A DNA stretch of 64,000 nucleotides from Sminthopsis crassicaudata (lineage: Eukaryota): assembly GCF_048593235.1 (NCBI RefSeq), contig NC_133618.1, forward strand, positions 59,120,478-59,184,477, read 5' to 3'. Shown here piece by piece: positions 58,201 through 64,000 of the stretch. Both the position numbers and the translations under genes were made by a program. Position 1 is the first letter of the stretch. Each line of letters starts with the position of its first letter. The notes beneath the pieces were generated by a model, which was not told where the DNA came from, searched no databases, and worked only from the letters and a program-made list of their open reading frames with translations.

Positions 58201-61200
58201 CCTAGCCCGGGCATCTATACATAGTAGGTGCTTAATAAATGCTTGTGGGCCCTAGTCTCACCCATTGGATCTCCTCTCGGAATGGGAACCCATTATAGTC
58301 ACACAGGGCAGCATAGGTCTCAGAGAATCCTCCTAGAGTCAGACAGGGATAATGGCCACGTCAGGGCTGAGGAGAGGCCCGGGAGGGGAGAACCAGAAAG
58401 ACAAGAGAGGAGGGACGAATGCAGTGAGAGAAGGACAGAGCAAGACAGCAGTCCAGGCTGGGCAAAAATCTCTACGTTGGGTTCACATGACACTTTTTTT
58501 CCATGTCCCCTTTAATGTACTTAGTTCAATACATTTGAGAACTTATTAAGAACCCAATATGTTAAAAATCTTATTCTTGTTTGGAATGCAAACAAAAATA
58601 AAATAAAAAGGTCACAGTTTTTGCCTTCACATAGTTGACAATCTATTAGATTAAAAGCTACTTTATAAATATTTGTTGAAGCCTCATGTTTAGAGAGATC
58701 CAATTCTCCTTTTCCCATTAGGCAACAGGGGGAAAGAGAAGGGAAAAGAGGAAAGGAAAGAGAGAAAAGGGGTCCTAAGATCTGAATATTCCAATTGCCC
58801 TTTGATAGCTATGTGACTCTGGGCAAACCTGGGTCTTAGTTTCCCCACTTTAAAATGACTCACAGTTGTGAGTCATGTCTGACTCTTCATGACCCCATTT
58901 GGGATTTTCTTGGCAAAGATTCTGGAATAATTTGCGATTTCTTCTCCAGCTCATTTTGCAGATGGGGAAACTGAGGCAAAGAGGGTGAAGTGATGTGCCT
59001 AGGGTCACACAGCCAGTGAGTGGTTGAGGCTGGATTTGGACTCATGAAGGTGATCACTGCACCTTTTGTTGTGAGGACAGTGGGTTATAAACCTGGAAGC
59101 ACTCAAGGACAGAACTAAGTGCTCTTTTTGGGACTTGCCAAAGTCAGCTCAGAGCCCTTGCTCCCCCTCAAGCTCCTCACCACATGGACCAAGGTTGCCT
59201 AGTGTCACTTCCTCCAGGGAGCTACTTCTTTTCTCCAGCCGGGCCAGCAGAGCTGAAGGAGACTTCCGGAACAGCTTCCTGAAAGGTGGGAGAGGGAAGC
59301 AAGAAACAGACCAGCATCCATCCATTTGAGAGGGTTTTCTCTACTTAGTATAGGTCCCCACCTCCAGCAGAATGGATGTGGGGATGGGGGAGAGGGGAAA
59401 TCATTGTGGTTCTGCTCCCAGACTGTCCTCACCTGGGAGAAGTCTCTGGGAAGACTTTGCGGATGGACATAGCCATGTGTAAGGCTAACTGCTCCAGGGC
59501 CCCGAGAGCAGGAAGCTTCATCATCAACTTGGGCAGCAACTCCAACTCAATAATCACCTAATGGTCAGAAAAGCTGATGCTCTCTCCCTCTGATAAATGG
59601 ATCAAAGGAGGTGAACAGGCAGCTCTCAAAAGAAGAAACCCAGATTGCCCAGAGGTGGATGGAAAAATGCTCCAAATCACTTAATCTTTAGAGAAATACA
59701 AATTAAAACCATTCTTGAAATTCTATCTCAGTAACCAGATGGACAAAGCTGGCAAAAACGGAAAATGACAAAACAGGTAGAAAAACAGGTGTTTTGATAT
59801 ACTGATTGAATCAGGGAACTGGTCCAGTATTCTGTCCCCAAAGGCACCAAGCTGCATTTTCTTTGACTTAGCAACATCACTGGCCTATATCCCAATGAGG
59901 TCAAGGAAATAAGATAAAGGACCCATATGTACAAAAATATGTACAAATGGGCCCATATGTACAAAAAAGTAGCACTTCTTGGTGGTAATGAAGTGGAAGC
60001 TAAGGGCCAGGAGGATGGTCCATCAGTTGTAGGGACTGGACAAATCATGGCATATGAATATTCTTATGCTATGTAACCTGGGCTTCTCTGGACAGTCCCC
60101 AATCCTAACTTGGAGGTATCTGAAGGAACCTTTTGTGCAAGCCTAATTTGCCCAACAAAGAGCCCACTGCATCCCCTCTCACTTTTGTGCCTCCCTTGAT
60201 TGACTCTGCAACTTTAAAACAGGAGAGCTTAAGCCAATCACTTTGCTACTTTTCTTTGCCATTCTTAGCTGCTTTTTCCCAGAATAAAAACTCTGATAAC
60301 TGAATCAGTGAGAGGGAAAAAATCCAAAGACCCCTGGGGAGCAGCTCCACGTTAGAGCTGGGTATTCCCAGAGAAGCCCGGCTTACAAAGAGCAAGAAAT
60401 GATGATATTTGAAGGAGTCTGGCCAGACATACAAACTGATGCAGAGGAAGTGAGCAGGACCAGTAGAACAATCTAGACATTAACAATAGCATAAAGAGAA
60501 ATACTCTTAAAAGACTTGGCAACTGTGATCAATGCAATAACCAAGCAGGATTTCAGAGGACCAATAATTAAGCATGTTAATCCATCTCCAGACAGAATAG
60601 AGATGGAATCAGGCTATATAGAATGAGACTCAGAACTTTAGTTCAGGACAATGTGGGAATCTGTTTTGTTCGACTATACATATCTGTTCAAAAGTTTTCC
60701 TTTTCTTTTTTGGAGATGGAGAGAAAAATTTTTGTTAATTGGAAAAATTAATTTAAAAAATGGCTGGGAAGGAGATTGGAAAAAGTTAGCCGTAGTCTAG
60801 TCAGGAAATCCTATTTGGGGTATACTGAAAGCAGAACCTCACCTGGGGGGGAATCTCCTGAAGAACTATCTCCTTCACTTCCAAGTAACTGAATGTGCAG
60901 TCCACCTATGAGGAAGGGACAGGGATACTAGTTTAGTTCATCTTGGACCCCTCATCCTTCTAGGAGGTTCTTGTCCAGGCTAAGCATGCTGAAGGTCTAA
61001 CAGAGATGCTCTACTAGGGAGGAACTGAGTCCAACACTTCTCAGTCAAGCCCTGTCCAGCTTCAGCTCCCTCCATGACTATCCTGGTGTCTTGCCCATTA
61101 TCTTTTTGGATAAAACACAGACTTCTTAGACTAATCATCACCAGGCCACTCTTAAGCTCAGAGCTCAGGGATTAGTCCAGCCAACCCCAGAGCACAAAGC

Positions 61201-62170
61201 CAGAATAACAGCAAGGAATGAATCAGTCATCTTTGTAATGTAAGGAGGGACTTTGCCAGTATATTCAATAAATGCTTGTTTATGGAAATCCCCCGTTAGC
61301 CCGGAGTCTAGGAGAGTTTGGGAAATCCTAGAGTTTGGAGGGTGGGGCTGGTGAAGATTTAGGGGAGTGGGGACTCACCCGAAGGGGGAGCGAGGTGTGG
61401 AGTAAGTAGGCTCTCCAAGGTAGCAGTGCCTGAAGGGAGCCGGGCAGAAAACAAGGGACAAAATCTGTCAGGATGTATGGGCCTTGTGTGGTGAGCCCCC
61501 TCCCCAAGAACTGTCCCCATTACAGCTTCTTGTCTCTCCACAGCCGTAATCCCTTCCCTCACTTGGCCCATCGGCTGCATCCATCCCTTCTCCCCTCTTC
61601 TCTCTCCCACCCAAGCCTTTCCCACAAGTCCTACCAACACTCGATCCCGTTCTCGCTCTTCAGGCCCCTCTCTCTCATATATTTGGATAATCAGCAGGAG
61701 TTTGACTTCCTTTGGCCACAGAAACCTGGTGATTTCATCTGTGGGACCAGCCTTACATGTCTGGTCTTCTCTTGGCTTCCCACTGAGACCACTACAGGTC
61801 ACCCTAGCCCAAGCCTCAAGGGGGAGGGGGCATCAGTCTAGGTTCCACCCAACTTGGGACAGGAGTTGCTGGGAGGGGAAAGAGTATCAGGGCTCTCAGG
61901 GACTGGAAGCTGGGCTTGAGGATCCTTTGGACTGGGGAAGAAACAAGAGGGTCAAAGAGGAGGAAGAGGAGAGAATTCAGGGGGACTTGAGCCAATTTCC
62001 CCAAGGTCTGTCCCCAGCAGTGAAGGAACTTGCAAGAGGGCACAGGGGAAGAGGAGGCACATGGTCCTCACTCCCATCTCTGAGGCCGTCCTGCTAGCTG
62101 TCCAGCTGGAGGGGGAAAGGGAGAACTCACCTTGCAGCTCGTAGGAGATGCCCTCAGGGGGCTGGGCCAT
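40202..62170 (-). CDS. CARMIL2: CARMIL2 / RLTPR (PH, LRR, CPI, membrane-binding and proline-rich domains), ~1461 aa, 39 exons
   Basis: Exons (minus): 62170-62131, 61738-61635, 61429-61379, 60905-60843, 59557-59433, 59278-59181, 58332-58262, 57964-57891, 57258-57183, 56975-56887, 56767-56673, 56105-56019, 55868-55756, 55446-55369, 55140-55064, 54788-54684, 54039-53970, 53387-53306, 52947-52851, 51827-51770, 51642-51470, 51375-51213, 51102-51004, 50646-50518, 50022-49909, 49421-49246, 49114-49027, 48677-48522, 47670-47604, 46934-46654, 44253-44153, 43180-42814, 42608-42486, 42305-42269, 42077-42006, 41814-41545, 40761-40681, 40536-40456, 40356-40202. Peptides [42 protein letters not shown] motif [11 protein letters not shown], basic motif [33 protein letters not shown]. 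Confidence 0.96.
43630..43935 (-). mobile_element. L2 remnant
   Basis: CAGTCAATAAGCATTTATTAA antisense L2 end plus body. Confidence 0.65.
46350..47300. promoter_or_regulatory. Intragenic CpG island over CARMIL2 exon 30
   Basis: CpG-dense block in an otherwise CpG-depleted gene. Confidence 0.6.
47880..48050. mobile_element. hAT-type (Charlie/MER5-like) MITE, partial
   Basis: TIR-like GTTTCTTAACCT; internal sequence shared with 62516-62695. Confidence 0.55.
52037..52585 (+). mobile_element. Probable solo LTR in CARMIL2 intron 19
   Basis: ~550 bp, TG...CA ends, TATA-like run and AATAAA ~100 nt before the end; family not recognised. Confidence 0.4.
58860..59055 (-). mobile_element. MAR1-type SINE
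   Basis: GTCATGTCTGACTCTTCATGACCCCATTTGGGATTTTCTTGGCAAAGA... Confidence 0.8.
59565..60760 (+). mobile_element. Fragmented old L1 3' remnants in CARMIL2 intron 4
   Basis: GATAAATGGATCAAAGGAGGTGAACAGGCAG..TCAAAAGAAGAA; GAACTGATGCAGAG..AAGTGAGCAGGACCAG-type words. Confidence 0.65.
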
Positions 62171-62515
62171 TTGTAGGGGATGAGCTCGGGGCCCAGCGGA
62201 GCCAGGAACGGTGCCAGCTAACAACAGAGCAAATGACTAGTAGCACAGGAAGCCCTCGGCTTCCCCTGACCCCTCACCACCTGTTCCTTCTTCCGCAGAA
62301 GGTGAGAGCTGCTTCCTGCTCTCCACCCTCAGCTGTGACAGCCCCATGGGAGTCTAGGCTCCTACCACCATTATTGTTCAGGGGGAGGGGAAATAAAACC
62401 CTAAAATCTAGCCTCAAAAAGGCCTGGTTCAAATCCTTACGGTGCTAATTATTAATAATGTAACTGTCCTGGGGTTGAGTTTCCTTCTCTGTAAAATGGG
62501 TGGCTTGGACCAGAT

Positions 62516-62695
62516 CAAGGGTTCTTAATTTAGGGCCCGTGTTCTTGTTTTATTACATATTTTGGCAACTGTGTTATTTCAATGTAAAGTGTTTGATTCC
62601 GTGCATTTAAAAACATTATTCTGAGGAGTGATACCTCAGCTTCACCAGACTATCAAAGTGGTCCGTGACTCCCCAAAAAAGGTTAAGAATCCCTA
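62516..62695. mobile_element. hAT-type MITE, ~350 bp upstream of the CARMIL2 ATG
   Basis: Terminal inverted repeats CAAGGGTTCTTAA ... TTAAGAATCCCTA. Confidence 0.65.
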
Positions 62696-63189
62696 GGTTA
62701 GGTAATTCTTTTCTACTCGAAATTTAGGACAGGAAAAAATCCAAGTGACTATGGGCTATGACCACTGAAATCACAACCTGCTGCAGCTTCCACAATAGAG
62801 ATACTTGTCCAAGGCAGGATCATCCCTCTTCAGGAGATGCGTGGTTCTCTTCTTGAGACTATTTAGAAGGGGTAGAGGGGTATTTCTAAAACCTTACCCT
62901 ACTTCCTCAACACCCCTTTTCCTCCCCAGAAGTGTAGTTTCCATTGAGAACACCAGAGGGTGCTGTCCACTCATTGATCAACCTGGTTCCAGCCTCCAAA
63001 AAGCCTCCTTGGGTCAATGCACAAGACTCTTACTGCAGATAAGGAAAGGGAGAGGATGATGAAGAGGATTCTCTCTGTCCATTTATGTGAAAAAGTCAGA
63101 GAGAGAGACACTGAAGAGGGAGGGAGTATTTCCCTCTCATTTAGTATGCTCATCTGTTTGCAAGCTGAGGCAATGACTGGATCATTTTT

Positions 63190-64000
63190 CATCCTAGACT
63201 ATCTCTCACCTCCATTCCCTTTGTTCCCTTTGCTCCATTCTCATCCTAGTTCAGGACAATATCTCATCTCCCCCTGATTATTATTAACACCATCTTCCTG
63301 TTGCTAGTTGGTTAAAGAAGTTTCCTAGTGGCTCCCCATTGCCTACCACATAAATAGAAGCTCATGATCCTGGCATTCAAGGCTAAGATTTGGCTATATA
63401 CCTTTTCAAGCTTTTTTTACACTGCTCCCTTTTCAATAGTTTGTCTTTCAATCCATTAATTTCAGGTCCCTGGTTCTTAGTGGAACTATTAAAGTAGCTT
63501 CAGGCTTCTTTTCCTGCATTCAGTCTCTCCCCACTTCAGTTTAAATCTTTATTCTGCTGCCAAAAATAATTTTCCCAAGGCCCATATCTGCCCATGTCAA
63601 TACTCTTGCTTGTCAATACTACCTATTGCTTTTAAGGATGAAATACAAACTCCTTGGTCTGGGACTTAAGTTCCTCTGTGATTAGCTTCTAATCAATTCT
63701 GTTCTCTCCCCACCCCCACCAGTTTTCTGGTTTCATTTTATACATCATAAACTCCTTGAAAGACTATTTAATTTTTGTATCTCCAGTGTCTTGGGGAAAG
63801 AAAGGGGTCCCCCACTTATAGAGAACCTACTATGAGCCAGGCACTGTGCCAAGTGCTTTCTACAAATATCCCATTTAATCCTCACAACAATCCTGCAAGG
63901 CAGATGCTGTTATTATCTACATTTTACAGTTGGGAAAATGAGGCAGATAGAGACTAAATGACTTGCTCAGGATCCCACAATTAGTATCTGAGGCTGGATT
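63190..64000. mobile_element. L2 and MIR remnants
   Basis: L2 body (GGCTCCCCATTGCCTAC), MIR antisense (CCATTTAATCCTCACAACAATCCTGCAAGG). Confidence 0.65.

Noticed and set aside
1-64000. CRISPR arrays, rRNA, genuine tRNA or snRNA genes
   Set aside because: None seen; tRNA-like A/B boxes all belong to SINE heads.

Overview
Marsupial genomic DNA, most likely a dasyurid (inferred from WSINE1-, MAR1-, RTE- and marsupial L1-type repeats). The window is syntenic with human 16q22.1, read in the opposite orientation. Five complete protein-coding genes can be built exon by exon with GT-AG junctions and consistent reading phase: C16orf86 (-, 5 coding exons, ~321 aa), ENKD1 (+, 7 exons, 346 aa), PARD6A (-, 3 exons, 354 aa), ACD/TPP1 (+, 12 exons, 489 aa) and CARMIL2/RLTPR (-, 39 exons, ~1461 aa). 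The rest is L2, MIR, MAR1, WSINE1, L1, CR1, RTE and LTR-like remnants plus one 143-N gap. Points worth a second look: (1) two gene pairs recalled as tightly head-to-head in human are separated here by 12.7 kb and 6.4 kb; (2) the larger spacer holds two orphan CpG islands and a chain of + strand micro-exon-like splice signals, possibly an unannotated transcript or a long ENKD1 leader; (3) TPP1 has acidic-residue losses in its telomerase-recruiting TEL patch; (4) C16orf86 has an extra intron; (5) CARMIL2 intron 14 is in frame and stop-free, and exon 38 has an anomalous acceptor. No new biological system is established from sequence alone; these are candidates. Comparisons with human proteins are from memory and need alignment to confirm.
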